A DNA stretch of 64,000 nt, from contig CALKEQ010000013.1 in the NCBI GenBank assembly GCA_938084905.1, forward strand, positions 3,786 through 67,785, given 5' to 3'. A model generated the notes under the pieces. It ran no database searches. It saw only the letters and a program-made list of their open reading frames with translations, and was not told the DNA's origin. The DNA is from an uncultured bacterium (GTDB lineage: Bacteria; Desulfobacterota; Syntrophorhabdia; Syntrophorhabdales; JANXAF01). Each line of letters starts with the position of its first letter. The first letter of the stretch is position 1. Below are positions 56,247 to 64,000 of the stretch, piece by piece. A program made the translations under genes and the position numbers.

Positions 56247-56894
56247 TTAACTTCTGGACTCTTTCTGTCTCCCGTACTTGAATTTTTCAGAGTAAAGGGA
56301 AATTATTTCCACATATTCCTTTAAAATCGCCTCTCTCGATTTACTCTCTTTCCACCATCTTTCCTGATTAAAAAAAGCAAGTTTCACGGGATTTATGAGG
56401 AAAACAACTTCCCCATTTGATCGACCTGTGAGCATTATGTGGTATCTCCTAGAAGAATACTCAGGAACAAAAACTACTACCCTCCTTATACGCTCTTTTT
56501 TACAGAGCTCGATTAGCTTTTTCCACTTTTCACTTTCTTTTCCATTTAGCCTTATCCCTTTTATCAAGTCCTCCTTAACTCCCCTCTCCTTTGCGAGCCT
56601 TCGGAGGATATTGACAACGCTTGTCTGAAGTAGCTCGTAATCTTCGACCCAAATCCGCCTTCCATTTCCCTTCTTCAGCTCTTCAAAAGCCGCGAGATAA
56701 AGTTCTCCATCTGAATCTTCGCTAAATCGGGGAACGTAAAGAACATCGGAGAATAGAATTTTGTCCCGATAGATAAGTTGGCCTCCAATGAACCTCAAAG
56801 TTTTTGGATGAAATAGAATCCCAAACACAACAAGGAAAAGTAGAAAAAGAAAAAAAAGACATCCGCATCCTACTTTTCCCTCTTCTTTTCTCAT
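56247..56894 (-). CDS. Membrane-anchored hypothetical protein, possibly DUF218 (YdcF/ElyC/SanA-like)
   Basis: N-terminal TM helix. The loose pattern ...YVPRFSED...VVVFVPEYSSRRYHIM suggests DUF218, but the family call is tentative. Confidence 0.5.
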   Translation of the reverse strand: MRKEEGKVGCGCLFFLFLLFLVVFGILFHPKTLRFIGGQLIYRDKILFSDVLYVPRFSEDSDGELYLAAFEELKKGNGRRIWVEDYELLQTSVVNILRRLAKERGVKEDLIKGIRLNGKESEKWKKLIELCKKERIRRVVVFVPEYSSRRYHIMLTGRSNGEVVFLINPVKLAFFNQERWWKESKSREAILKEYVEIISLYSEKFKYGRQKESRS

Positions 56895-57625
56895 CTTTTT
56901 GTGCTCTCATAGTGGATTATTGAGAGGATCACAAGAGGGGTTGTCTCTGTCCGGAAAATTGTGCTTCCGAGAGAAAATGACAAAAACCCGTTCTCTTTAA
57001 GCCAGGCTATTTCTGAATCCTCTATACCTCCTTCTGGTCCAATAACAACGCATATATCTCCCTCTTTACAATTTTCAAATGCATCTTTTATCCCTTTTTC
57101 TTCTTCATGCTCGTAGAGAACCCATCTGTGTTCTATATCTATAACGTAAGGGAGAATCCCCCTTAAAGGAACAGGAGAAAGAACTTCGGGTACAGTGAAC
57201 CTTCCAGACTGGCGGGAGGCTTCCACGGCCAGTCTTCTCCACCTTTCAACCTTTTTATCTTTCTCATCGAATCTGAGGATCGTGCGCCTAAATAAAGTGG
57301 GCAGTATTCTGTCAACACCGAGTTCAGTTGCCTTTTCTATCATCCAGTCCATTCTAGAGCCTTTGATAGGACTCACACAAAGAGTAACTCGTCTTTTCTT
57401 CTCCTCCGGGCAATAGATAACGTCGAATATCTTTAAATATGCCTCCCTGCTTTTTATTGTGTGGATTTGAGCACGGTAAAGGTATCCCTTTCCATCTATT
57501 ACGTCTATCCTATCTCCAGGAGCTTTTCTCAAGACATCAACAAGGTATTTGTAAGTTTGACCGGCTACAAGAACCAATCCGTTTTTTGACTTGATCTTAT
57601 CCACAAATATCCTTCTCACTTCCAC
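56891..57625 (-). CDS. rsmE: 16S rRNA (uracil1498-N3)-methyltransferase
   Basis: RIFVD..., HYLVDVLR-type block (KYLVDVLRKAPGDRI), EKATELGV, and the C-terminal GPEGG...SLG.TI(F/L)R(T/A)ETA knot motif. Confidence 0.9.
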   Translation of the reverse strand: MEVRRIFVDKIKSKNGLVLVAGQTYKYLVDVLRKAPGDRIDVIDGKGYLYRAQIHTIKSREAYLKIFDVIYCPEEKKRRVTLCVSPIKGSRMDWMIEKATELGVDRILPTLFRRTILRFDEKDKKVERWRRLAVEASRQSGRFTVPEVLSPVPLRGILPYVIDIEHRWVLYEHEEEKGIKDAFENCKEGDICVVIGPEGGIEDSEIAWLKENGFLSFSLGSTIFRTETTPLVILSIIHYESTKR

Positions 57626-57640
57626 TTCTAATCCCCTTTA

Positions 57641-58603
57641 TCAAAAATCGTCACTAATCAGATTGTAGAACCTTGATTCGTAAACCCTGTGGTACTCTGT
57701 CCACCTCTCATCGACCATCCTGTCCCTCATATGTTCCCTAACACCCATAACCTTCGAATCGAGATTGTCAAGATAGTGAACTATAAGGGCCTCCACGAAC
57801 ATCGGTTTTTTGGGAGAACCCCACTCCTCAGTTCCATGGTGGCTAACTATTATATGGAGAAGGGCCGTGTAAAGATTATCCGGAAAACCCTCTATCTGGC
57901 TCACAATCCCTTTGAGTATCTCTATCCCTAAGGCTATGTGGCCAAGAAGCCTTCCCCTGTCAGAATACTTGAAACCTCCCCTTATCTCAATCTCCTCCAC
58001 CTTCCCAATATCGTGTAAAAGGCATCCTGCTGATATCACGTCTTCATTCCCACCTATTACCTGAACAATGGCCTTCCCCATCTTCGCCATGGAAACGGAA
58101 TGTTCCAAAAGACCACCAATCGCCACGTGGTGTACACCTAAAGAAGCCGGAAAGTAAAAAAACTTTTCCATTATGTCCTTTCTCTCCTCCATCTTCTCAA
58201 AGAGTCTTTTTAGATGAGAACTCTTTATCTCCCCTACAATCCGGTAATAATCTTCTTGAAGTGAATTTATGCCCACCTGATTTTCCGGAAAAAAGACCAT
58301 CATGTCGTTTATGGTCATGCTTTCCTCTACTCTTCTTATGTCCGTTATGGTCAGCTGAAGCTTCTCCTGGTAAAGACTAGCCCTCGAATTTAAAAAGACT
58401 ATATCGTCCTTTTCAAACTTACTCCAGAGTTCTTCCGCCTTGTCCCATATCCTCCCTTCAATCGTACCGGAAGAATCCCTTAAAGTAAGGGTTAAGTACC
58501 GCACGTTGTTCTTTGAAACAGCCATACTTTTTTTTACTACGAGGAAGTAATCATTCACTTCCTGATTATTTGTAATGTCCTTCACATAAACTTCCTTTTC
58601 CAT
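57641..58603 (-). CDS. OB-fold + HD-domain 3'-5' exoribonuclease (YhaM-like)
   Basis: The N-terminal OB region (FLVVKKS...YLTLTLRDSSGTIEGRIWD) and the HD domain (GGLLEHS...LLHDIGK...SHHG) match the YhaM architecture. Confidence 0.82.
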   Translation of the reverse strand: MEKEVYVKDITNNQEVNDYFLVVKKSMAVSKNNVRYLTLTLRDSSGTIEGRIWDKAEELWSKFEKDDIVFLNSRASLYQEKLQLTITDIRRVEESMTINDMMVFFPENQVGINSLQEDYYRIVGEIKSSHLKRLFEKMEERKDIMEKFFYFPASLGVHHVAIGGLLEHSVSMAKMGKAIVQVIGGNEDVISAGCLLHDIGKVEEIEIRGGFKYSDRGRLLGHIALGIEILKGIVSQIEGFPDNLYTALLHIIVSHHGTEEWGSPKKPMFVEALIVHYLDNLDSKVMGVREHMRDRMVDERWTEYHRVYESRFYNLISDDF

Positions 58604-58607
58604 TGGC

Positions 58608-59570
58608 TTACTGCGAGAAGTGTTCGTACCCTTTCTTCACGGGAAGAAATGGCTTTCCCTCTTTTATCACTTTCACTCCCTTCCCTCTTACAACTTCGCC
58701 TATTACTGAAATTTCAAACCCCTTTTTTTTAAGATCCTCTATTTTTTCAAGCTTATCCCTCGAAAAGGTAAAGAGAAACTGGTAATCTTCACCCCCGGAA
58801 AGGGCATAATCTTCCAGCTTTTCTTTTTTCAGCTGAAATGGTATCGGTAGCTTTTCGTAGTAGACAACTGCGCCCTTTCCACTCTCCTCCATCATCCTTT
58901 CAAGGTCTATGATAAGGCCGTCGCTTATATCCATCATGGCATTTGTTATATCATTTTTCATAAGTTCTCTCCAAATTTCGTATGGGGGCCTTGGCTCTCT
59001 ATACCTTTTCACGAACCTCTTGTAGTTCTTCCCCAAAACAATCCCATCTTTGAGTAGCTTTAACCCGTAGGCACTTTCACCAAGCCATCCGGTTACCCCT
59101 ATAAGATCGTTATCTTTTGCCGAGTTTCTCCCCTTGTACTCTTTACATATAAGTTTTCCAACCATTGACACATCGATGAAAAAATCTTCACCTGTGGCAA
59201 CGGTGTCGCCCCCTATGAGGTATATATCGAATTCCTCTGCCACAGATCCCATTCCTCTGTATATGCCTTTAATTACATCTGAAGTTATCCTCTTTGGGAT
59301 CCCTAAAGTAACCTGGTAAAAGAGGGGTTTAGCTCCCATAGATAAAATGTCAGCAAGATTAACATAAATGGCCTTTTTACCAACCTGAGGAGGACTCATA
59401 AAGGAGAAAGAGAAGTGAACTCCCTCTATTATAGCGTCCTGGCAAAACGCGTAAAGACTACCATTCAATTTAACAATCGCGCAATCATCTCCAATTCCTC
59501 TTATAAGTCCACTTTTTTTTCTTTCAAATCGTTTCACAATTTCAATCAGCTTTCTTTCCCCGATTTCCAC
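58608..59570 (-). CDS. thiL: Thiamine-monophosphate kinase
   Basis: GIGDDCAIV, VEGVHF, LIGGDT, ISDGLIIDL. Confidence 0.9.
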   Translation of the reverse strand: MEIGERKLIEIVKRFERKKSGLIRGIGDDCAIVKLNGSLYAFCQDAIIEGVHFSFSFMSPPQVGKKAIYVNLADILSMGAKPLFYQVTLGIPKRITSDVIKGIYRGMGSVAEEFDIYLIGGDTVATGEDFFIDVSMVGKLICKEYKGRNSAKDNDLIGVTGWLGESAYGLKLLKDGIVLGKNYKRFVKRYREPRPPYEIWRELMKNDITNAMMDISDGLIIDLERMMEESGKGAVVYYEKLPIPFQLKKEKLEDYALSGGEDYQFLFTFSRDKLEKIEDLKKKGFEISVIGEVVRGKGVKVIKEGKPFLPVKKGYEHFSQ

Positions 59571-60873
59571 TTCTTGCCTCAGATATTATCTTTTCAACCT
59601 TTTCAAGAAACCTTTTTAATTTTATCTCATACCCCCTATCAGAAGGACGGTAGTACTTTCTTCCCTCAAGTTCTGGAGGCATATAACTCTGGTCCACTAT
59701 GGCTCCTTCAAAGTCGTGTGGATAGAGATAACCCTTTCCGTAATTTAGATCGCGCATAAGCTTGGTTGGGGCAGTTCTCAGATGTAGAGGAACCTCGTAC
59801 TGTGGAAGTTCCCTCGCATCTCTCTGCGCCTCCTTCATTGCCAGGTAGACTGAGTTGCTCTTCTCACATAAAGATAGGTAAATGCAAGCATGAGCAAGTG
59901 CCAGGTAACCCTCAGGAACTCCGACAAATTCAAAAGCTTCTTTCGCAGATATGGCAAGCTGAAGAGCGTAAGGATCTGCACATCCAATATCTTCAGATGC
60001 AAAAATGACCATCCTCCGAGCTATAAAAAGTGGATCCTCACCCGCCTCAACCATCCTCATAAGCCAGTACAACGCTGCATCTGGATCTGACCCCCTCATA
60101 CTCTTTATAAAAGCACTTACAAGACCGTAATGCATATCCCCCTTCTTATCATAGATCTTTGCCTTGGTTTGGTAGGCCTCCATTACTGTTGCCGTACCGA
60201 TTCTTTCCGCCTTTTTATCCTTAGCTAGTATGTGGCTTAGCTCTAAAACATTGAGTGCCCTTCTTGCGTCCCCTTCGGAAAGCTCGGCTATTCGAAATAA
60301 GATTTCATCGTCTATTTCAATTCCATGTTTCTTAAGCTCGGGATCGTCCTTTGCCCTCCTTAGAATTTCAAAAATCTCTTCCTCTGAAAGAGGGTTCAGT
60401 TTTATAACTTCCATTCGGGAAAGGAGCGGCTTTATTATCTCAAAAGATGGATTTTCCGTGGTTGCTCCAATAAGAACTATCCTGCCATTCTCAACATATG
60501 GCAAGAAAGTATCCTGCTGTAACCTATTAAATCTGTGAAACTCATCTAGAAAGAGAAGTACTTTTCCAGCCTTGGCCTTTCTAACTATCTCCCTTACCTC
60601 TCTAACTCCAATGTTCACAGCGCTCAAAAAAAAGGATGGTATTTTAAGCTCGTTTGCAATTACGTGTCCCAGGCTTGTCTTTCCACATCCACTCGGTCCC
60701 CAAAGAACCATAGATGGGATCTGCCCTTGGTTGATAAGGGCATGTAGGAGCTTCCCTTCTCCTAAGACATGCTTTTGACCTACAAACTGAGAGAGCCTTT
60801 TAGGTCTCACACGTACGGCAAGTGGAGGGATTTCTCTACTTTCTTCGTTTTTGAAGAGGTTCACATTTTTCAT
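59542..60873 (-). CDS. rarA: Replication-associated recombination protein A (MgsA/RarA AAA+ ATPase)
   Basis: PLAVRVRPK.L..FVGQ, Walker A GPSGCGKTS, Walker B LFLDEFHRFN, GATTENPSFE, SMRGSDPDAALYW. Confidence 0.93.
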   Translation of the reverse strand: MKNVNLFKNEESREIPPLAVRVRPKRLSQFVGQKHVLGEGKLLHALINQGQIPSMVLWGPSGCGKTSLGHVIANELKIPSFFLSAVNIGVREVREIVRKAKAGKVLLFLDEFHRFNRLQQDTFLPYVENGRIVLIGATTENPSFEIIKPLLSRMEVIKLNPLSEEEIFEILRRAKDDPELKKHGIEIDDEILFRIAELSEGDARRALNVLELSHILAKDKKAERIGTATVMEAYQTKAKIYDKKGDMHYGLVSAFIKSMRGSDPDAALYWLMRMVEAGEDPLFIARRMVIFASEDIGCADPYALQLAISAKEAFEFVGVPEGYLALAHACIYLSLCEKSNSVYLAMKEAQRDARELPQYEVPLHLRTAPTKLMRDLNYGKGYLYPHDFEGAIVDQSYMPPELEGRKYYRPSDRGYEIKLKRFLEKVEKIISEARSGNRGKKAD

Positions 60874-60916
60874 GATACCAGTTTTTTTCTTTTTTTTTCA
60901 AGGAGCCTTAAGTTGA

Positions 60917-60944
60917 TTGACCTCCAAAAAAGTTTTAATATAAT
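60917..60944 (+). promoter_or_regulatory. Putative promoter of the CooS-family gene
   Basis: TTGACC (60917-60922)-N16-TATAAT (60939-60944). SD AAAGGAGGAG ends 4 nt before ATG 60972. Confidence 0.5.
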
Positions 60945-60971
60945 GAGCTCAAAAAATGAAAGGAGGAGAAA

Positions 60972-62882
60972 ATGGAAGAGGAAAGGATCTCATATCACAA
61001 ATCTGTTAAAAAGATGTACGAGAGGATAAAAGCTGACGGACTCACGAACATATGGGAGAGATATGAGAACCAAGGTATAAAAGGTGATCCAGATCAGAGA
61101 TGTCCCTTTTGTTCTAAAGGGATAAGATGCGATCTGTGCTCAAACGGACCTTGCAGGGCAGACGCTGAGAAGGAGAAAAGAGGTGTATGTGGTATAACAG
61201 CAGACGGAATGGTGATGCGTTCCATGCTTTTGAGAAATATTCTTGGGGCATCGACCTACCACTACCACACACAGGAAACCCTAAGAACATTCAGGGCAGC
61301 TTCATTAAATGAAAGCCTTTTCAGGATAAAAGAACGTGATAAACTTAGGGCTTTAGGACTGAGGTTCAACATTCCTGATAACCTTCCAGAGGAAGATATC
61401 GCATTTAACCTTTACACGTACTTTTCAACTGATTTTTCAAGAAGCCATGATGAACCGAGTCACACCGTTCAAACCTTTGCTCCAACGGAACGGATTCGAA
61501 AATGGAGAGAAATAGGTGTATTTCCTGGGGGAATCTTTGGGGAAATCCTTCTCGCTACTGGGTCATGCTTGACGAATGTGGATGGGAATTATTTGAGTCT
61601 TGCAAAGAAAGCCATGCGCTTGTCCATAGCAATGGCTTACCAGAGCCAGCTTGTAACCGAGTACCTTCAGGATATACTTTTCGGAACTCCAAAACCACAC
61701 ACTATGAGAGTGGATCTCGGCGTACTTGACCCCGATTATGTAAACGTTCTTCCAAACGGACATGAACCCTTCTTAGGCTTTGCAATGATAGAACTCGCAA
61801 GAAGAAAGGAATGGCAGGATAGGGCAAAAAGCAAGGGTGCAAAGGGCTTGAGGATAATAGGGTGTATAGAAACGGGTCAGGAGATAATTCAGAGATATGA
61901 GATGGACGAAGTTCTATACGGGTTTACTGGAAACTGGATCTCCCAAGAGGCTGTCCTTGCAAGTGGGTGTGTTGATCTTTTTGCCTGCGACATGAATTGT
62001 TCTATGCCCATTGATCCCATCTATGCAAAAAAATACAATTTCAAACTAGTGCCAGTGACTCCCCTCGTGTCTTTTGAGGGAATAGAAGAAAGGATAGATT
62101 ACCTTCCACAAGAAGTCGAAAAACAGGCGGCTACCTTACTTCAGATGGCAATAGACAACTTTCCAGAGAGAAGAAAAAATGTGCAACCGTCTAGTGGTCT
62201 TCCAGTAAAGGAAGCACTTGTAGGCTTTTCCATCGAAAGTCTTCTTGATGTTATGGGAGGAACTCCAGAGCCACTAATTAGAGCAATTCTAGATGGGAAA
62301 ATTAAGGGGATAGCAGGACTTGTATCATGCACCACACTCAGGGATACTGGACAGGATATACATACTGTCAGGATAGCGGAGGAGCTCATAAGGAATGACG
62401 TTCTCGTCCTTTCAATGGGTTGTGGAAACGCGGCTCTGCAGGTTGCTGGTATGTGTACAAAAGAAGCAAACTCCTTAGCTGGAGAAGGGCTGAGAAGTGT
62501 CTGTGAGTATCTTGGAATTCCACCGATTCTTAGTTTTGGTACGTGCACTGATATGGGCAGGCTTGCAGATTTTTTGGCCTCTATTTCCGCTTACTTGAAG
62601 GACGTCCCAATCCCGGAGCTCCCGGTTTTGGCGTGTGCTCCAGAATACATGGAGCAGAAAGCTACTATAGATGCGATCTTCGCCCTTGCACTCGGTCTTT
62701 ACACCTATGTAAACCCTCATCCTCCGATAGGTGGAGCTCCCAACCTCATGAGACTTCTGGTAGAGCAACTTCCGCAAATCACTGGAGGAAGGTTAAACTT
62801 GGAGAGAGATCCTAAGAAGGCAGTAGAGGCAATGCTGGGTCATCTTCAGGAAAAGAGGATAAAGATGGGTGCAAAAGGATAA
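60972..62882 (+). CDS. cooS: CooS-family (Ni-CODH scaffold) protein, deviant active-site motif
   Basis: The N-terminus CPFCSKGIRCDLCSNGPCR...GVCGI aligns with the CODH B/D-cluster region. NGHEP, DMNCSMP, VSCTT, MGCGNAA, FGTCTD and APEYMEQKA align with C-cluster and catalytic positions. GCIETGQE replaces the canonical ICCTGNE. Confidence 0.88.
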   Translation: MEEERISYHKSVKKMYERIKADGLTNIWERYENQGIKGDPDQRCPFCSKGIRCDLCSNGPCRADAEKEKRGVCGITADGMVMRSMLLRNILGASTYHYHTQETLRTFRAASLNESLFRIKERDKLRALGLRFNIPDNLPEEDIAFNLYTYFSTDFSRSHDEPSHTVQTFAPTERIRKWREIGVFPGGIFGEILLATGSCLTNVDGNYLSLAKKAMRLSIAMAYQSQLVTEYLQDILFGTPKPHTMRVDLGVLDPDYVNVLPNGHEPFLGFAMIELARRKEWQDRAKSKGAKGLRIIGCIETGQEIIQRYEMDEVLYGFTGNWISQEAVLASGCVDLFACDMNCSMPIDPIYAKKYNFKLVPVTPLVSFEGIEERIDYLPQEVEKQAATLLQMAIDNFPERRKNVQPSSGLPVKEALVGFSIESLLDVMGGTPEPLIRAILDGKIKGIAGLVSCTTLRDTGQDIHTVRIAEELIRNDVLVLSMGCGNAALQVAGMCTKEANSLAGEGLRSVCEYLGIPPILSFGTCTDMGRLADFLASISAYLKDVPIPELPVLACAPEYMEQKATIDAIFALALGLYTYVNPHPPIGGAPNLMRLLVEQLPQITGGRLNLERDPKKAVEAMLGHLQEKRIKMGAKG

Positions 62883-62889
62883 AAGAGGA

Positions 62890-63267
62890 TTATTTTTTCT
62901 CCTCTTTCTCCTTCTTCCTCGTTAATTCAACGAGGACCATTGGAGCAGCATCACCTTTTCTCGTTCCAAGGTTCAAAACTCGTGTATAGCCGCCGTTTAC
63001 GTCCTTGTATCTCTCTCCAACATCGTTAAAGAGCTTCTTCACGACCTCTTTATTCCTCAAAAGGCTAAAAGCGAGCCTCATTGAATGAAGATCCTTTCTT
63101 TTTGCGAGATTTACGAGCTTTTCCACATAACTCTTAAGTGCCATACCCTTAGCTTTTGTCGTTTTTATACTTTCATGAATGAAGAGTGCGGAAGCCAGAT
63201 TTTTTAGCAGGGCTTCTCTATGACTTTTCGTTCTGTTTAGCTTCTTTACTTTTTTGAGGTGCCTCAT
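62890..63267 (-). CDS. rplQ: 50S ribosomal protein L17
   Basis: [25 protein letters not shown]...GGYTRV. Confidence 0.95.
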   Translation of the reverse strand: MRHLKKVKKLNRTKSHREALLKNLASALFIHESIKTTKAKGMALKSYVEKLVNLAKRKDLHSMRLAFSLLRNKEVVKKLFNDVGERYKDVNGGYTRVLNLGTRKGDAAPMVLVELTRKKEKEEKK

Positions 63268-63278
63268 CTTTTAACTCC

Positions 63279-64000
63279 TCAGATTTGTTGCTTTCTTTTT
63301 TCTGCCATTCTATCCAGTTCTTCTCTGGATGGGAAATTTTCCAGATGCATTCCAAGACGCAATCCCATACTTGCAAGTATTTCTTTTATCTCGTTGAGGG
63401 ATTTTCTTCCAAAATTCTTGGTCTCCAATATTTCCTGTTCGGTCTTCTGGACAAGTTCACCAATGTACTTGATATTTGCGTTTCTTAAGCAATTGGCACT
63501 CCTCACCGAAAGCTCAAGTTCGTCAACAGTCTTGAAGAGATTCTCGTTGAATTCGTACTTCTCTTTCGGTTTTTCTTCTATCTCTACTATCTCTTCCTTT
63601 TCTTCAAGTCTCACGAAGATGCTCAACTGATCCCTTATAATCTTTGCAGCGTAAGAGAGAGCATCGATTGGCTTCACACTTCCATTGGTCCAAATCTCCA
63701 TTGTGAGCTTATCGTAGTCCGTTCTTTCTCCAACCCTAGCAGGGCTCACATTGTAAGCTACCTTCACTATAGGGCTAAATGCGGCATCGATAGGTATAGT
63801 TCCTATAGGCTCATCATCCAGCTTTATTTGTTCTGCAGGTAAGTATCCCCTTCCGTTTCTGGCCTTCATGACCATGTACAGCCGTCCGTCACTGTTCAAG
63901 GTTGCTATGTGCTGTTCAGGATTGATTATTTCAACCTGGCCGTCATGCATGATGTCTCCGGCCTTTACCTCACATGGCCCCTTCTTATCGATTTTTAGCT
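63279..64000 (-). CDS. rpoA: DNA-directed RNA polymerase alpha subunit, C-terminal two-thirds; the 5' end lies beyond the window
   Basis: The frame stays open upstream of the listed ATG 63950 ([20 protein letters not shown]...). The alpha-CTD reads [23 protein letters not shown]...[10 protein letters not shown]. Confidence 0.93.
   Translation of the reverse strand, partial: LKIDKKGPCEVKAGDIMHDGQVEIINPEQHIATLNSDGRLYMVMKARNGRGYLPAEQIKLDDEPIGTIPIDAAFSPIVKVAYNVSPARVGERTDYDKLTMEIWTNGSVKPIDALSYAAKIIRDQLSIFVRLEEKEEIVEIEEKPKEKYEFNENLFKTVDELELSVRSANCLRNANIKYIGELVQKTEQEILETKNFGRKSLNEIKEILASMGLRLGMHLENFPSREELDRMAEKRKQQI

Noticed and set aside
60972-62882. Possibility that the CooS-family ORF is a hybrid-cluster protein (Hcp)
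   Set aside because: Its length (~636 aa), its N-terminal B/D-cluster cysteine pattern and its block-by-block collinearity with CODH-II fit the CooS scaffold. They do not fit the Hcp N-terminal CX2CX7-8CX5C pattern. The relationship to Hcp-like chemistry is discussed only as a hypothesis.
1-64000. Search for CRISPR arrays, IS elements, integrases, prophage or toxin-antitoxin/defence islands
   Set aside because: No spaced direct-repeat arrays, terminal inverted repeats, or transposase, integrase or phage-like ORFs were seen. Essentially all sequence is accounted for by housekeeping genes with short junctions. Repeat detection was by eye only and could miss dispersed short repeats.

Overview
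The window is a densely packed, mostly housekeeping stretch of chromosome from a diderm (LPS and BamA-bearing) bacterium. Codon and amino-acid usage (many AGA/AGG Arg, Lys and Glu codons) looks thermophile-like by eye; this was not computed. I recognise about 67 protein genes, one tRNA-Gln(UUG) and one decayed gene relic. I saw no CRISPR array, transposase, integrase, prophage or obvious defence island.

Gene order:
- 1-14219 (+): split ArnA-type formyltransferase and UDP-GlcA decarboxylase, TraB-like protein, YihX-like HAD, lgt, phosphomannomutase, a fused B12-binding radical-SAM/DUF2344 protein coupled to RNase G, ispE, a spoVG relic, tRNA-Gln, prs, rplY, pth, ychF, acyl-CoA dehydrogenase.
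- 14202-20207 (-): rpe, a PASTA-only protein, rsmB, htpX, an MBL hydrolase, the DUF39 homocysteine-synthesis protein.
- 20398-20601 (+): cspA.
- 20609-35185 (-): a 14.6 kb same-strand train of mazG, waaA, DUF374, msbA, lpxB, a GnnA-like oxidoreductase, lpxA, fabZ, lpxD, skp, bamA, nth, Mut7-C, mtaD, MTAP.
- 35445-51747 (mixed strands): ispG, a MoxR/VWA pair, an FmdB zinc ribbon, YciO, a methyltransferase, HAD-IB, NlpC/P60, a receiver-only regulator, GT4, a tandem LPS-kinase, ROK glucokinase, LOG, trmI, an OmpR/HK/HtrA module, pilC.
- 51712-60873 (-): trmFO, topA, dprA, DUF218, rsmE, YhaM-like protein, thiL, rarA.
- 60972-64000: a stand-alone CooS-family gene (+), then rplQ and partial rpoA (-).

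I found no convincing new multi-gene system. The observations most worth a second look are:
- A frameshift at an A9 run that splits the DUF374 acyltransferase-like gene inside the lipid A operon.
- A deviant CooS in which Glu sits at the canonical C-cluster Cys position and the D-cluster motif is CX2C.
- rsmB homology that continues upstream with no canonical start codon.
- A decayed spoVG relic.
- A tandem double LPS-kinase.
- A kinase-less PASTA protein in the PrkC slot.
- Two genes whose GTG starts sit exactly 6 nt after perfect TATAAT boxes, suggesting leaderless mRNAs.

All homology calls are by-eye comparisons with remembered family motifs. No searches were run.
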